DNA from: Alphaproteobacteria bacterium
GTDB lineage: Bacteria; Pseudomonadota; Alphaproteobacteria; MPNO01
Reading direction: 5' to 3'
NCBI GenBank assembly: GCA_965248835.1
Contig: CBDFLJ010000002.1
Coordinates: 2,304,001 to 2,368,000 of the forward strand
DNA: 64,000 nucleotides
Position numbers and translations under genes: made by a program. Positions 19,834-30,010 of the stretch are shown in pieces (position 1 is the first letter of the stretch; every line of letters starts with the position of its first letter). The notes beneath the pieces are model-generated. The model saw only the letters and a list, made by a program, of their open reading frames with translations. It made no database searches and was not told the origin of the DNA.

Positions 19834-21396
19834 TCAGTTCTCGCCGGGGAGCAGCGTCAGCGCGTAGGCCGCGGCGTCGCGCACCGCGGCGGCGGGGTCC
19901 TGCCGCGCGAGGGTTCGGAGGTCGGCGCGGGCTGCGGGCGCGCGCAGATAGCCGAGCGCCAAGGCGGCCTCCTTCCGCACCAGGGCGTGGGGATCGTCCA
20001 ACGCCGCCAGCAACGCCGCAGCGCTGCGGTGATCGTGCAGCAGCCCGAGAACCCGTGCCGCCGTCATGCGGACATCGACCGATGGATCGCCGCCGAGCAG
20101 CGGCCTGATGCGGTCCGCCGCGCCCGGCGCGTCCAGCACGCCGAGCGAACGCACGGCGACCGCCCGCAGGCGCGCATCCGCATCGCCGATGCCGCCGGGC
20201 CCGCGCAGCAGAGCCGCGCCAGCCTCGCGATGCGCCCCTTGCGCGTAGCCGAGCCCGTACAAGGCGATCCGTCGGCGTTGATAGACCGCGGCCGCGATCT
20301 CCAACCCGGCGGTCGCGTTGCGCGGAACGGCGAGGGGTCGGGCGGCGTCCAGCACAGCCTCCGCCGCGCTTTCCGGGTCGAGGGCGACGGCGGCACGCAG
20401 GGCGCGGACCTGCAGGCCGAGCGCAGCGAGGGTTCGCCGACGATCCGCGACGAGGTCCGCCGCAGGGCGACCGGCGAGCGTCGCCGCCTCGCGCCCGGCC
20501 AGCGCCGCCAGGGGCAGGGCGGCGCGCCTTATGCCGAGGGCCTGCAGGCCGTCCACCGCAACGAAGCGTACGGCCGGAACCGGATCGTCCAGCAGAGCCA
20601 GCAGCGTATCGGCGGCGTCGCCGTCCCGGCTTGCTCCCAGCGCGGCGGCAATCGCCGCCCGCAGCCGCGGGTCGCCGGCCCGCTCCAGAGCGGCGGACAG
20701 GACCGCGCTCGCCGTCGGTGAGCGCAACGCGGCGAGACCATGGAGCGCGGCGAGGCGCTCCGCGTCGTCGTTCGCGGTCTCGAACGCGCGCAGCAGCGGC
20801 GCCGCTGCTTTCTCCGATCCGGTACGGCCGAGCGCCAGAAGAATGCGATGTCGCAGCGCCGCACCGCCGCCCGCCCGCAACAACTCGGTCAGGGCCGCGA
20901 CCGCCCGGTCATGGTCGAAGGCGCCCAGCGCATCGACGCCATGATCGCGCACCAGCGCGTCCGTCGTGCGGGCGAGCGCGCCCAGGATGACGTCCAATGC
21001 CGGCGCCGAGCCGAGCCCGCCCAGGGCGCCGATGCAACGGGCGCGGATCGTCGTGGTACTCTCTTCCGTCAGGCAGTTTGCAAGGGCGGCCAGGGAATCC
21101 GCCGCACCGAGCTGACCCAGCGCCGTGTAGATCGACTGTCTGACCGTGCCGTCGGGCTCCGGCAGCGCCAGGCGCTCGAGCAGAGGCCCGACGGCTTCCG
21201 CCTGCCCCCGGAAGCCGAGCGAATGGGCGGCCTGTTCGCGGACCGCCGGGCTGTCGAACGACAGCGCCTCGATCAGCACCTCGAAGGGCACGGCGCCGTG
21301 CTCCCAGCCGTTGGCCGGCGCCGGGCGCGGCGTCGCAAGCAGCAGGACAAGGGCGAGAACGAGCACGCCCGCCGCGCGATGGCGTTTTCCGATCAT
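19834..21396 (-). CDS. Exported HEAT/PBS-lyase repeat protein
   Basis: Signal peptide; repeated D..VR..AA.ALG units. Confidence 0.85.
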   Translation of the reverse strand: MIGKRHRAAGVLVLALVLLLATPRPAPANGWEHGAVPFEVLIEALSFDSPAVREQAAHSLGFRGQAEAVGPLLERLALPEPDGTVRQSIYTALGQLGAADSLAALANCLTEESTTTIRARCIGALGGLGSAPALDVILGALARTTDALVRDHGVDALGAFDHDRAVAALTELLRAGGGAALRHRILLALGRTGSEKAAAPLLRAFETANDDAERLAALHGLAALRSPTASAVLSAALERAGDPRLRAAIAAALGASRDGDAADTLLALLDDPVPAVRFVAVDGLQALGIRRAALPLAALAGREAATLAGRPAADLVADRRRTLAALGLQVRALRAAVALDPESAAEAVLDAARPLAVPRNATAGLEIAAAVYQRRRIALYGLGYAQGAHREAGAALLRGPGGIGDADARLRAVAVRSLGVLDAPGAADRIRPLLGGDPSVDVRMTAARVLGLLHDHRSAAALLAALDDPHALVRKEAALALGYLRAPAARADLRTLARQDPAAAVRDAAAYALTLLPGEN

Positions 21397-21520
21397 CCGC
21401 CCAGCATCCCTGAATCGGCGCAATCATGCCAGCATCGGGACCGGCGGGAGGTGTCGGCCCTCCGGCACGCAGGCCAGAGACGCCGCTGCGGCCCTGCGTG
21501 CCGGGAGAGGACCGCAGCGG
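21350..21520. repeat. Direct repeat copy 1 (HEAT gene 5' end plus palindromic upstream region)
   Basis: Matches 30008-30181. Confidence 0.9.
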
Positions 21521-21531
21521 ACGACGTGCGC

Positions 21532-21554
21532 TTGTTTGCACTGCAAGCAAACAA
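21532..21554. promoter_or_regulatory. Operator palindrome upstream of fitAB-like TA
   Basis: ttgtttgcactgcaagcaaacaa inverted repeat. Confidence 0.55.
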
Positions 21555-21593
21555 TAGTTTGGGCGCTGCCCGAACCGTGTAGAGCTACGGCCA

Positions 21594-21839
21594 ATGGCGA
21601 GCATCACGATCCGCAATCTCGATGACGACGTGAGGACGCGCCTGCGCATACGCGCCGCCGAGCACAGCCGCTCGATGGAAGAGGAGGTGCGTATCATCCT
21701 GCGCGCGGCCGTGAGCGACGGCAAGGCCGGCCCCCGGGACCTGGCGAAGTTCACCCGCGAGTGCTTCGCGCCGCTGGGTGGTGTCGAACTCGCGCTCCCG
21801 CCGCGCGGCCCGATGCGCGAACCTCCGGACTTCGCCTGA
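21594..21839 (+). CDS. FitA/Arc-like ribbon-helix-helix antitoxin
   Basis: MASITIRNLDDDVRTRLRIRAAEHSRSMEEEVR. Confidence 0.9.
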   Translation: MASITIRNLDDDVRTRLRIRAAEHSRSMEEEVRIILRAAVSDGKAGPRDLAKFTRECFAPLGGVELALPPRGPMREPPDFA

Positions 21840-21849
21840 GCCGCATCGG

Positions 21850-22272
21850 ATGTTCGTGCCGGACACGAATGTGGCCTGCGAGCTCATGCGCCCGGCACCG
21901 GCGCCGACCGTCGCGGCGTGGATTGCGGAGCGCAATGCGGAGGATCTGTTTCTGACGGCGGTCAGCGAAGCGGAACTGCTCTCCGGTGTGGCGATCGTCC
22001 CGGCCGGCAGACGGCGGGACATGCTGGAGGCCTCCATGACCCGGTGGCTCGACCTGGGCTTCGGCGACCGGATTCTGCCGTTCGACAGCGCCGCTGCCCG
22101 CGCCTATGCGGAAATCGCGTCGGGCCGCCGCCGCGCCGGCCGGCCGATCGGCGAGGCCGATTGCCGGATTGCCGCCATATCCTGCGCGCGCGGCGCCGTC
22201 CTGGTGACGCGGAACGCGCGGGATTTCGAGAGTGCCGGTGTCGATGTCGTCGATCCTTGGACGGCCGCATGA
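21850..22272 (+). CDS. vapC: VapC/FitB PIN-domain toxin
   Basis: DTNVACELM, TAVSEAEL, DCRIAA, LVTRNARDF. Confidence 0.88.
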   Translation: MFVPDTNVACELMRPAPAPTVAAWIAERNAEDLFLTAVSEAELLSGVAIVPAGRRRDMLEASMTRWLDLGFGDRILPFDSAAARAYAEIASGRRRAGRPIGEADCRIAAISCARGAVLVTRNARDFESAGVDVVDPWTAA

Positions 22273-22477
22273 CCGCAACCACCGAAGCATTCGCGCGGCC
22301 GCAGAGCAGCCAGTTCGATTGCATGACCGCCGGCATGATGCGCGCCGAGGGGAGGCCGTCGCCACGACGAATGCCAACGATTTCGTGGGATGAGCGAGGT
22401 CATTGACCCGTGGATGAGAACAGCCAACCTGCCACGCAACAATGGCTGGACAGAGACCAGGAAACGGAAGACTGGCC

Positions 22478-24655
22478 GTGAACATACAGGCACACGACGA
22501 GCTTAAAGCCAAAATCTGGGAAATCGCGAACCGGCTCAGGGGGCCGTACCGGCCTCCTCAATATCGCTTGGTCATGCTTCCCATGGTCGTCTTGCGTCGG
22601 CTCGATTGTGTCCTGGAGCCGACCAAGGATGCCGTTCTGAGGCGGCGCGATCAGCTGGAGGCGCAGGAGATGCCCGAAGCGGCGATGGATAGCCTGCTCG
22701 GCAAGGCCTCTGACCCCCGGCGGAAGCATCCGCTCTACAACACGAGCCCCTACACCTTTGCCCGGTTGCTCGGCGATGCCGAGAACATCGCGCCGAACCT
22801 CGTGTCGTACATCAACGGCTTTTCCCCGACCGCGCGGCGCATCTTCGAGCGCTTTAAGTTTAGCGATCAGATCGAGAAGCTCGACGCCAGCAATCGTCTC
22901 TTCACCATCGTCAAGGCCATGACCGATGTCGATCTTCACCCCGACAGGATCGACAACCTCCAGATGGGCTACCTGTTCGAGCATCTGGTGATGCGCTTCA
23001 ACGAACAGGCCAACGAAGAAGCCGGGGATCACTTCACGCCGCGCGAGGTCATCCGCCTCATGGCGAACCTCATCTATACTGGCGAACAGGATGTCTATAA
23101 GCCCGGCATCTACCGCACGATCTACGATCCGGCGTGCGGAACCGGCGGCATGCTTTCCGAGTCGGAGAAGCTGATCCTCTCCCAGAACGCGCGGGCAAAT
23201 CTCGCCCTATTCGGCCAGGAATACAACGACGAGGCCTGGGCAATCTGCTGCTCCGACATGCTCATCAAGGACGAGGACACGGCCAACATCGTCCTCGGCG
23301 ACACCCTGGGAGACGGCAAGACCAGGGACGGCTTCGAGGGAGTACGCTTCCACTACCTGATGGCGAACCCACCCTTCGGCGTCGAATGGAAGGACCAGAA
23401 GGACACGGTCGAACGCGAGCACAAGACCATGGGCCTATCGGCCCGGTTCGGCGCTGGGCTCCCGGCCATCAACGACGGCTCGTTCCTCTTCCTTCAGCAC
23501 ATGATTTCCAAGATGCATCCCTATGAGGAAGGGGACGAGGACCAGCCCGGTTCCAAGATCGCCATCGTCTTCAACGGCTCGCCGCTCTTTTCCGGAGACG
23601 CCGGATCGGGGCCGTCCAATATCCGCCGCTGGATCGTCGAGAACGACTGGCTCGACGCCATCGTGGCGCTGCCCGACCAGCTTTTCTACAACACCGGCAT
23701 CTTCACCTACGTCTGGCTCGTGACCAACCGCAAGCCACCGGAGCGGCGCGGCAAGGTGCAGCTTATCGACGGCACCCGCTTCTTCCAGAAGATGAAGAAG
23801 AGCCTCAACAACAAGCGCAACGAGATCGCCGAGGACCAAATACGCCATCTTACCCGCGTCTATGGCAACAACCGGGACGGCGAGACGGCCGAGGTGGAGA
23901 TCGACGGCGAGACCGAGACACGCGTCATCTCCCGCATATTCGAGAACCGCGAGTTCGGCTTTCTCAAGGTGACGGTCGAACGACCCTTGCGGATGAACTT
24001 CGAAGCGACGCCCGAGCGCATCGCGAAGCTCGACGAGCAGACCACCTTCGCGAATCTGGCGACATCGAAGAAGCGGAAGGATGCGGCGGCGGTCGAACGC
24101 GAGATCGCGGAGGGGCGGAAGCGGCAGGACGCCATCCGCGCCGCGCTCGCGACGCTCGAAGGCAAGGGACGCTACATGGACCGGGAGGCGTTCGAGGCCG
24201 ATGTGGTGGAGGCCGCGAAGCGCACCGGCATCAAGATTCTCGACCCGATCAGGAAGGCGATCTTCGCGGCCCTCGGTGAACGCGATGCGGACGCCGAGAT
24301 TTGCCGGGACAGCAAGGGGCGGCCGGAGCCGGACAGCGAGCTTCGGGACACCGAGAACATTCCCTTGCCGCCCGGCACGGCGCCGCCCCTGCCCCTGGAC
24401 TTCGGACCGGACAAGCCCAACGACCGGCTGGTCGAAGCCTTCCGCGACGGCATCGACGCGTACATCGCGCGCGAGGTGCTGCCCCATGTGCCCGATGCCT
24501 GGGTGGAGTACGACAAGACCAAGGTCGGCTACGAAATCCCGATCAACCGGCATTTCTACGTCTACAAGCCGCCGCGCCCGCTCGATCAAATCGAGGCGGA
24601 CATCGCCAAGCTCGAAGGGGAGATCGCCGGGCTGCTAAAGGGGCTGGTGGCATGA
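22478..24655 (+). CDS. hsdM: Type I restriction-modification methyltransferase subunit
   Basis: GDHFTPREVI, YDPACGTGGML, NPPF, LPDQLFYNTGI. Confidence 0.96.
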   Translation: MNIQAHDELKAKIWEIANRLRGPYRPPQYRLVMLPMVVLRRLDCVLEPTKDAVLRRRDQLEAQEMPEAAMDSLLGKASDPRRKHPLYNTSPYTFARLLGDAENIAPNLVSYINGFSPTARRIFERFKFSDQIEKLDASNRLFTIVKAMTDVDLHPDRIDNLQMGYLFEHLVMRFNEQANEEAGDHFTPREVIRLMANLIYTGEQDVYKPGIYRTIYDPACGTGGMLSESEKLILSQNARANLALFGQEYNDEAWAICCSDMLIKDEDTANIVLGDTLGDGKTRDGFEGVRFHYLMANPPFGVEWKDQKDTVEREHKTMGLSARFGAGLPAINDGSFLFLQHMISKMHPYEEGDEDQPGSKIAIVFNGSPLFSGDAGSGPSNIRRWIVENDWLDAIVALPDQLFYNTGIFTYVWLVTNRKPPERRGKVQLIDGTRFFQKMKKSLNNKRNEIAEDQIRHLTRVYGNNRDGETAEVEIDGETETRVISRIFENREFGFLKVTVERPLRMNFEATPERIAKLDEQTTFANLATSKKRKDAAAVEREIAEGRKRQDAIRAALATLEGKGRYMDREAFEADVVEAAKRTGIKILDPIRKAIFAALGERDADAEICRDSKGRPEPDSELRDTENIPLPPGTAPPLPLDFGPDKPNDRLVEAFRDGIDAYIAREVLPHVPDAWVEYDKTKVGYEIPINRHFYVYKPPRPLDQIEADIAKLEGEIAGLLKGLVA

Positions 24656-25971
24656 TCGAAGTCCCAGAAAAGGTCCGCGAAGCCTATCGAGAGCCTCCGC
24701 CGGGCTGGAAGCTGGAGAAGCTGAAGTTCTTCGCCGACGTCCGAAACAGCAACGTCGATAAGACCATCTCCGAGGATGAGGAATCGGTTCGGCTCTGCAA
24801 CTACACTGACGTCTATTACAACGACCGCATCACGCCGGATCTGCATTTCATGGAGGGATCGGCGACCGAAGCGGAAATCGAGCGTTTCCAGCTCAGACGC
24901 GGTCAAGTCATTATCACAAAGGACAGCGAAGGGTGGGATGATATCGGCATCCCCGCCTTGGTCACCGAGGACATGCCGGAGGTTCTGTGCGGCTACCACC
25001 TTGCGGTGTTCGAGCCCGGCCCAGAGCTGGACGGAGGCTTCATCGCATGGCTCTGCCGGGCCGAACCGCTCAACGACCAATTCAAGCTCGCAGCGAACGG
25101 CGTCACTCGCTTCGGGCTCGGCCAATACCCGATGAAGAACGCCTTCATCGCGCTTCCCCCGCTCGACACGCAGCGGCGGATTGCGCGGTTTCTGGATGAG
25201 AAGACGGCGCGGATCGACGGACTGATCGAGAAGAAGCGTGCGCTCTTAGACCGGCTGGCCGAGAAGCGCCAGGCCCTCATCACCCGCGCCGTCACCAACG
25301 GCCTCAACGCGCAAACCCCGATGAAACCCTCCGGCATCGATTGGCTCGGCGACATCCCCGCGCATTGGGAGGTGCTTCGTCTGAAGTTCATCGCTTCGGA
25401 ACCGCTTTCCTATGGAGCCAACGCCGCGGCGGAATTTGATGAACCAGAATGGCCACGTTTTGTCCGGATTACCGATGTCGATGAATTTGGTAGACTGCGC
25501 GATGAGACCTTCCGCTCGTTGCCGCCGGAGTTTGCTCAAGGGTTCCTGCTACAGCCTAATGACATTCTTTTGGCGCGAAGCGGTGCGACGGTTGGTAAGA
25601 GTTTTATCTATAATGTTTCTTGGGGCGTGGCTTGTTACGCTGGCTACTTGATTCGAGCACGAATGAAGAAAAAGTACGATGCTCGATACTTCTACTGGTT
25701 CCTAAATTCCACTTTTTACTGGGAGTGGGTGAGATCGACATTCATTCAAAGTACAATCCAGAATATCAGTGCTGACAGGTATGCGAACCTTTGGATACCG
25801 CACCCTTCGGACAATTGTGAGCAGAAAGATATCGTCGATTTCATCGAAGTTTCGTGTGCTGAGATTGATAGCCAATGGGAGCTAATTGCGCGTTCGCTCG
25901 AACGTCTGGATGAGTACCGTTGGGCATTGATCACGGCAGCCGTCACAGGGCAACTCGCGGAGCTGCGATGA
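24652..25971 (+). CDS. hsdS: Type I R-M specificity subunit
   Basis: Two TRDs separated by PPLDTQRRIA..KRQALITRAVT..SGIDWLGDIPAHW; ALITAAVTGQ end; ATGA overlap. Confidence 0.94.
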   Translation: MIEVPEKVREAYREPPPGWKLEKLKFFADVRNSNVDKTISEDEESVRLCNYTDVYYNDRITPDLHFMEGSATEAEIERFQLRRGQVIITKDSEGWDDIGIPALVTEDMPEVLCGYHLAVFEPGPELDGGFIAWLCRAEPLNDQFKLAANGVTRFGLGQYPMKNAFIALPPLDTQRRIARFLDEKTARIDGLIEKKRALLDRLAEKRQALITRAVTNGLNAQTPMKPSGIDWLGDIPAHWEVLRLKFIASEPLSYGANAAAEFDEPEWPRFVRITDVDEFGRLRDETFRSLPPEFAQGFLLQPNDILLARSGATVGKSFIYNVSWGVACYAGYLIRARMKKKYDARYFYWFLNSTFYWEWVRSTFIQSTIQNISADRYANLWIPHPSDNCEQKDIVDFIEVSCAEIDSQWELIARSLERLDEYRWALITAAVTGQLAELR

Positions 25972-26579
25972 CCCTCGATGCATCGACATATTTTGGGCAT
26001 CTCAGGGCCTATGTGAACGACCGCTACGTGATGCACGACGGCACCGGCGGTGAAGTTGTTCTCCGGGAGAAGTACTTCCCAGAGACAGGCACGCGGGCCA
26101 GGACCCGCAAGATACGCCTGCTTTTGCCGGGGCTAGGGCTCGCCTTCAAGCTCGATTATGATCAGGTCGAATTGCAGAGGAAGAAGAGCAAGCCACCGCT
26201 TTTCCATTTCCTCGACGATACCGCGAAGCCGTGGTCGAAGCGCTGCGATTTCGTGATCTTCTACGTCAACGGTCGCGCCTTCCACGCCGATTGCATCGAG
26301 TTCAAGTCGAAGAGCCTGAGTGCTGACAAAATCGTGCCCCAGCTCAATGCCGGGACATGTTGGGTGAACACGCTGAAGCGGACCATCGAGCACTACACCG
26401 GTGACAAGCGCAAGATCCGCGTGCGCAAGTTCGTTTTCGCCGAGAACGAGAATCCCGGTCCGTATATTGACGGGAACCGGCAACTGACTGCCGATCCATC
26501 CATTCGCTACTATCACTTTGGCGAGGTGGATGGGCAGCCCCTGGGGGACCTTCAGAACACCTCGGTGCGGGAAATTTGA
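25968..26579 (+). CDS. Hypothetical protein, putative PD-(D/E)xK-fold nuclease
   Basis: ATGA-coupled to hsdS; KRCDFVIF..CIEFKS motif. Confidence 0.65.
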   Translation: MTLDASTYFGHLRAYVNDRYVMHDGTGGEVVLREKYFPETGTRARTRKIRLLLPGLGLAFKLDYDQVELQRKKSKPPLFHFLDDTAKPWSKRCDFVIFYVNGRAFHADCIEFKSKSLSADKIVPQLNAGTCWVNTLKRTIEHYTGDKRKIRVRKFVFAENENPGPYIDGNRQLTADPSIRYYHFGEVDGQPLGDLQNTSVREI

Positions 26580-26582
26580 ACC

Positions 26583-29500
26583 ATGTCCGGCCATACCGAA
26601 CGCGCTTTCGAGACAGCGATTGAAGCCGGGCTGACAAGCTTCGGTGGATATGAGACGCGGAGCCCAAGCGCCTATGAAGAAGCGCTTGCCCTCTTCCCCG
26701 ACGATGTTTCCGGCTTCCTGAGGGACAGCCAACTGGCCAAGTGGGAGGCGCTTGAGACACTTCTCGGGCCGAAGACCGCCGCAACCGTGCTGGACAGTCT
26801 GTCGAAGGAGCTGGACGTCAAGGGCACGCTCCACGTCCTGCGCCACGGGTTCAAATGCTACGGCAAGACCTTTCGCATGGCCTGGTTCAGGCCGAACACC
26901 AGAATGAACCCCGAGGCGGCGGAGAACTATGCCAAAAACCGGCTGACCACCACGCGCCAGGTCGCGTTTGCCTCGGTCCTGAAGAAGGCGGACGGCAAGA
27001 ACCGCCGCTGCATCATCGACGTGACCCTTGCGGTCAACGGCATTCCCGTCGTTACCGCCGAGCTCAAGAACCCGTTGACCGGGCAGCGGGCCGCCCATGC
27101 GATGCGCCAGTACGAGGACGAGCGCGACGGGCGCGATCTTCTCTTCGCTTTCAAGAAGCGCGCGCTGGTCCATTTCGCTGTGGACACCGACGAGGTGTGG
27201 ATGACGACCCGGCTGAGGGGCAGGGAGACCGACTTCCTACCCTTCAACCGCGGCAACAACTACGGAGCGGGCAACCCGCCGGTCGGGGGGAACTGGAAGA
27301 CCCATTACCTCTGGGACGAGGTGCTGCAAGCCGACAGCCTCCTGGAAATCCTGCAGCGCTTCATGCACCTCGAAGCGACGGAAAAGCAGGTCAAGACCGA
27401 CAAGGGCGCGCGCACCGTGCGGACGGAGACGATGATCTTTCCGCGCTACCACCAGCTCGACGCGGTCCGGAAGCTGGTCGTTCATGCGAAGGCCCATGGC
27501 GCCGGCCGGAACTATCTGATCCAGCACTCGGCCGGCTCCGGCAAATCGAACTCGATCGCATGGCTCGCGCACCGACTGGCCAGCCTGCATGACGAGCAGA
27601 ACGAGAAGGTGTTTCACTCCGTCATCGTGGTGACCGACCGGCGCGTGCTCGATCAGCAGTTGCAGGCGACGATCTACCAGTTCGAGCACAAGACCGGCGT
27701 GGTCGAGAAGATCGACGAGGACACTCGGCAGCTTGCGCGCGCGCTGTCCCAGGGTACACCCATCGTCATCACGACGATCCAGAAATTCCCGTTTATCTCG
27801 CAGGCGCTCTCGACCCTTGAGGAGAAGGGCTCCGGCGTGAAGATCGACACGGCGGGAAAGCGCTTCGCCGTCATCGTCGATGAGGCGCATTCGTCCCAGA
27901 GCGGAGAGACCACGACCGCTCTGAAGGGCATGCTGAACAAGGAAGGGATCGAAGCGGCCATTGCCGCCCAGCTCTCCGACGAGGAGGACCACGATCTCTC
28001 CGACGACGCGAAGGCGGCGGTGCTGCGCGATGCGCTGCAACGCGCCCGCCAGCCGAACCTCAGCTTCTTTGCCTTCACGGCCACGCCGAAATTCAAGACC
28101 AAGGCCTTGTTCGACGAGCCCGGCTCGTCCGGCGCGTCACCGTTCCATGAGTACACCATGCGCCAAGCCATCGAGGAAGGCTTCATCATGGATGTGCTCC
28201 AGAACTACACCACGTACAAACGCTTCTTCGGCCTGATCAAACAGGTCGAGGATGATCCCGACGTGCCGCGCAGGGAGGCCGCGAAGGCGCTTACGCGCTA
28301 CATGGAGCTTCATCCCGTCAATATCGAGCAGGTCGTATCCGTAATCGTCGAGCACTTCCGGCTCAACGTGATGCACGAGCTCGGCGGGCGCGCGAAGGCC
28401 ATGGTCGTCACGGGTTCCCGCCTTGCCGCCGTGAAGTACAAGCTCGCTTTCGATCGCTACATCAAAGAGCAAGGCTACACCGGCATCCGTTCGCTGGTGG
28501 CCTTCTCGGGCACGGTCGAGGATCCCGACCTCCCCGGATCGTCCTACACCGAAGTGGGGATGAACGACGGTCTTGCCGAGAGCGAGCTCCCGGAGACCTT
28601 CGAGCGCGACGATTACCGGGTTCTTCTGGTCGCGGAGAAGTACCAGACCGGTTTCGATCAACCCTTGTTGCAGACGATGTACGTGGTGAAGAGGCTGGCC
28701 GGCGTTCAGGCGGTTCAGACCCTCTCAAGGCTCAACCGCATCGCGCCCGGCAAGTCGCGCACCTTCGTCCTCGACTTCGCCAACGAGGAAGACGACATCT
28801 ATCAGGCTTTCAAACCCTACTATGAGACCACGCCCGTCGGAGAGAACGCCGATCCGCATCGCCTGTCGGAGCTGCAACACCGCCTGCTTGAATGGGCGAT
28901 CTTTACGCCGGCCGATGTGGCCGCCTTTGCCGAAGTCTGGTATCGCGGCAAGCGCGACCACTCGGCGACGGATCATCGCGTGATGAATGCCGTCCTCGAT
29001 GCTGTCGTTCAGCGGTTTCAGGATTGCGAGGAGGATGAGCGAGAGGAGTTTCGCGGCCAGTTGACGGCCTATCGAAATCTCTACGCCTTCCTGTCACAGA
29101 TCATCCCCTATCAGGACATCGATCTTGAACGCCTCTACGCCTTCGTCCGGAATCTTCTGGCGAAACTCCCACCGCCGGGCGATGGCCGAGCCTTTGTTCT
29201 GGACGATGAGGTGGCGCTGCGGTTCTACCGGCTTCAGCAAGTGCACGAGGGCTCGATCGGCCTCTCGGAAGGCGAGCCCGAGCCTTTGAAGGGGCCGACC
29301 GATGTCGGCACGGCCCGCGCCAAGGACGAGGAGGTGACGCTTTCGAGCCTGATCGACCGCCTGAACGAGCGTTTCGGCACCGACTTCAACGAGGCGGATC
29401 AGCTGTTTTTCGACCAGATACGCGCTTCGGCGGCAAAAGACGAGAACATCGCGGAGGCAGCCCGCGCCAACAGCTTCGCGGACTTCGCCGCTTATCTGGA

Positions 29501-29654
29501 TCTCGTTCTGGACGAACTGTTCATCGCGCGAATGGAGGGCAACGAGGGGATCTTCTCCAGGGTGATGACGGACACCGAGTTTCGTTCGGCTGCGCAGGAA
29601 CATCTTGCCCAAGAGATATTCCGTCGCGTTCGCGAGGAGCAAGCTGCTGAGTGA
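26583..29654 (+). CDS. hsdR: Type I restriction endonuclease subunit R
   Basis: AELKNP, QHSAGSGKS, DEAHSSQ, FTATP, KYQTGFDQP. Confidence 0.96.
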   Translation: MSGHTERAFETAIEAGLTSFGGYETRSPSAYEEALALFPDDVSGFLRDSQLAKWEALETLLGPKTAATVLDSLSKELDVKGTLHVLRHGFKCYGKTFRMAWFRPNTRMNPEAAENYAKNRLTTTRQVAFASVLKKADGKNRRCIIDVTLAVNGIPVVTAELKNPLTGQRAAHAMRQYEDERDGRDLLFAFKKRALVHFAVDTDEVWMTTRLRGRETDFLPFNRGNNYGAGNPPVGGNWKTHYLWDEVLQADSLLEILQRFMHLEATEKQVKTDKGARTVRTETMIFPRYHQLDAVRKLVVHAKAHGAGRNYLIQHSAGSGKSNSIAWLAHRLASLHDEQNEKVFHSVIVVTDRRVLDQQLQATIYQFEHKTGVVEKIDEDTRQLARALSQGTPIVITTIQKFPFISQALSTLEEKGSGVKIDTAGKRFAVIVDEAHSSQSGETTTALKGMLNKEGIEAAIAAQLSDEEDHDLSDDAKAAVLRDALQRARQPNLSFFAFTATPKFKTKALFDEPGSSGASPFHEYTMRQAIEEGFIMDVLQNYTTYKRFFGLIKQVEDDPDVPRREAAKALTRYMELHPVNIEQVVSVIVEHFRLNVMHELGGRAKAMVVTGSRLAAVKYKLAFDRYIKEQGYTGIRSLVAFSGTVEDPDLPGSSYTEVGMNDGLAESELPETFERDDYRVLLVAEKYQTGFDQPLLQTMYVVKRLAGVQAVQTLSRLNRIAPGKSRTFVLDFANEEDDIYQAFKPYYETTPVGENADPHRLSELQHRLLEWAIFTPADVAAFAEVWYRGKRDHSATDHRVMNAVLDAVVQRFQDCEEDEREEFRGQLTAYRNLYAFLSQIIPYQDIDLERLYAFVRNLLAKLPPPGDGRAFVLDDEVALRFYRLQQVHEGSIGLSEGEPEPLKGPTDVGTARAKDEEVTLSSLIDRLNERFGTDFNEADQLFFDQIRASAAKDENIAEAARANSFADFAAYLDLVLDELFIARMEGNEGIFSRVMTDTEFRSAAQEHLAQEIFRRVREEQAAE

Positions 29655-29663
29655 TCGAGGCTT

Positions 29664-30010
29664 TAGCCTGACTTATTCATTGGGGGCGGCGTTTATCGGT
29701 TGATTTCATCTGGACGCAGGTTTGCGTTCGGCGCCTTGGGGCGTCGGTATTTGAGGTTGGTGGTGTCGGGGTTTGGGGTTGAAGGCACTCGGGTTCGCGG
29801 GCAGGGCGCCCCGGCGGTCAGGGTCCCGAGGCCGCGAGGCGGCCCGCCAGCATGCGGAACAGGGCGGCGTCCGGACAGGCCGAAGCGAAGTGGATGCGGA
29901 TGCGGGCGGCCCGTTCGACGACGCGGGCGCCGATCTTGAGCAGGCTCTTCCTGAGGGTTGCGAACTCGGCCCGGGCGAGCGGCATCCTGCGAGGCACGGC
30001 ATCGCGCAGG
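29664..30010 (-). mobile_element. IS1380-family right end with transposase C-terminus
   Basis: AEFATLRKSLLKIGARVVE..RIHFASACP; end tagcctgacttattcat resembles the end at 40334. Confidence 0.8.
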
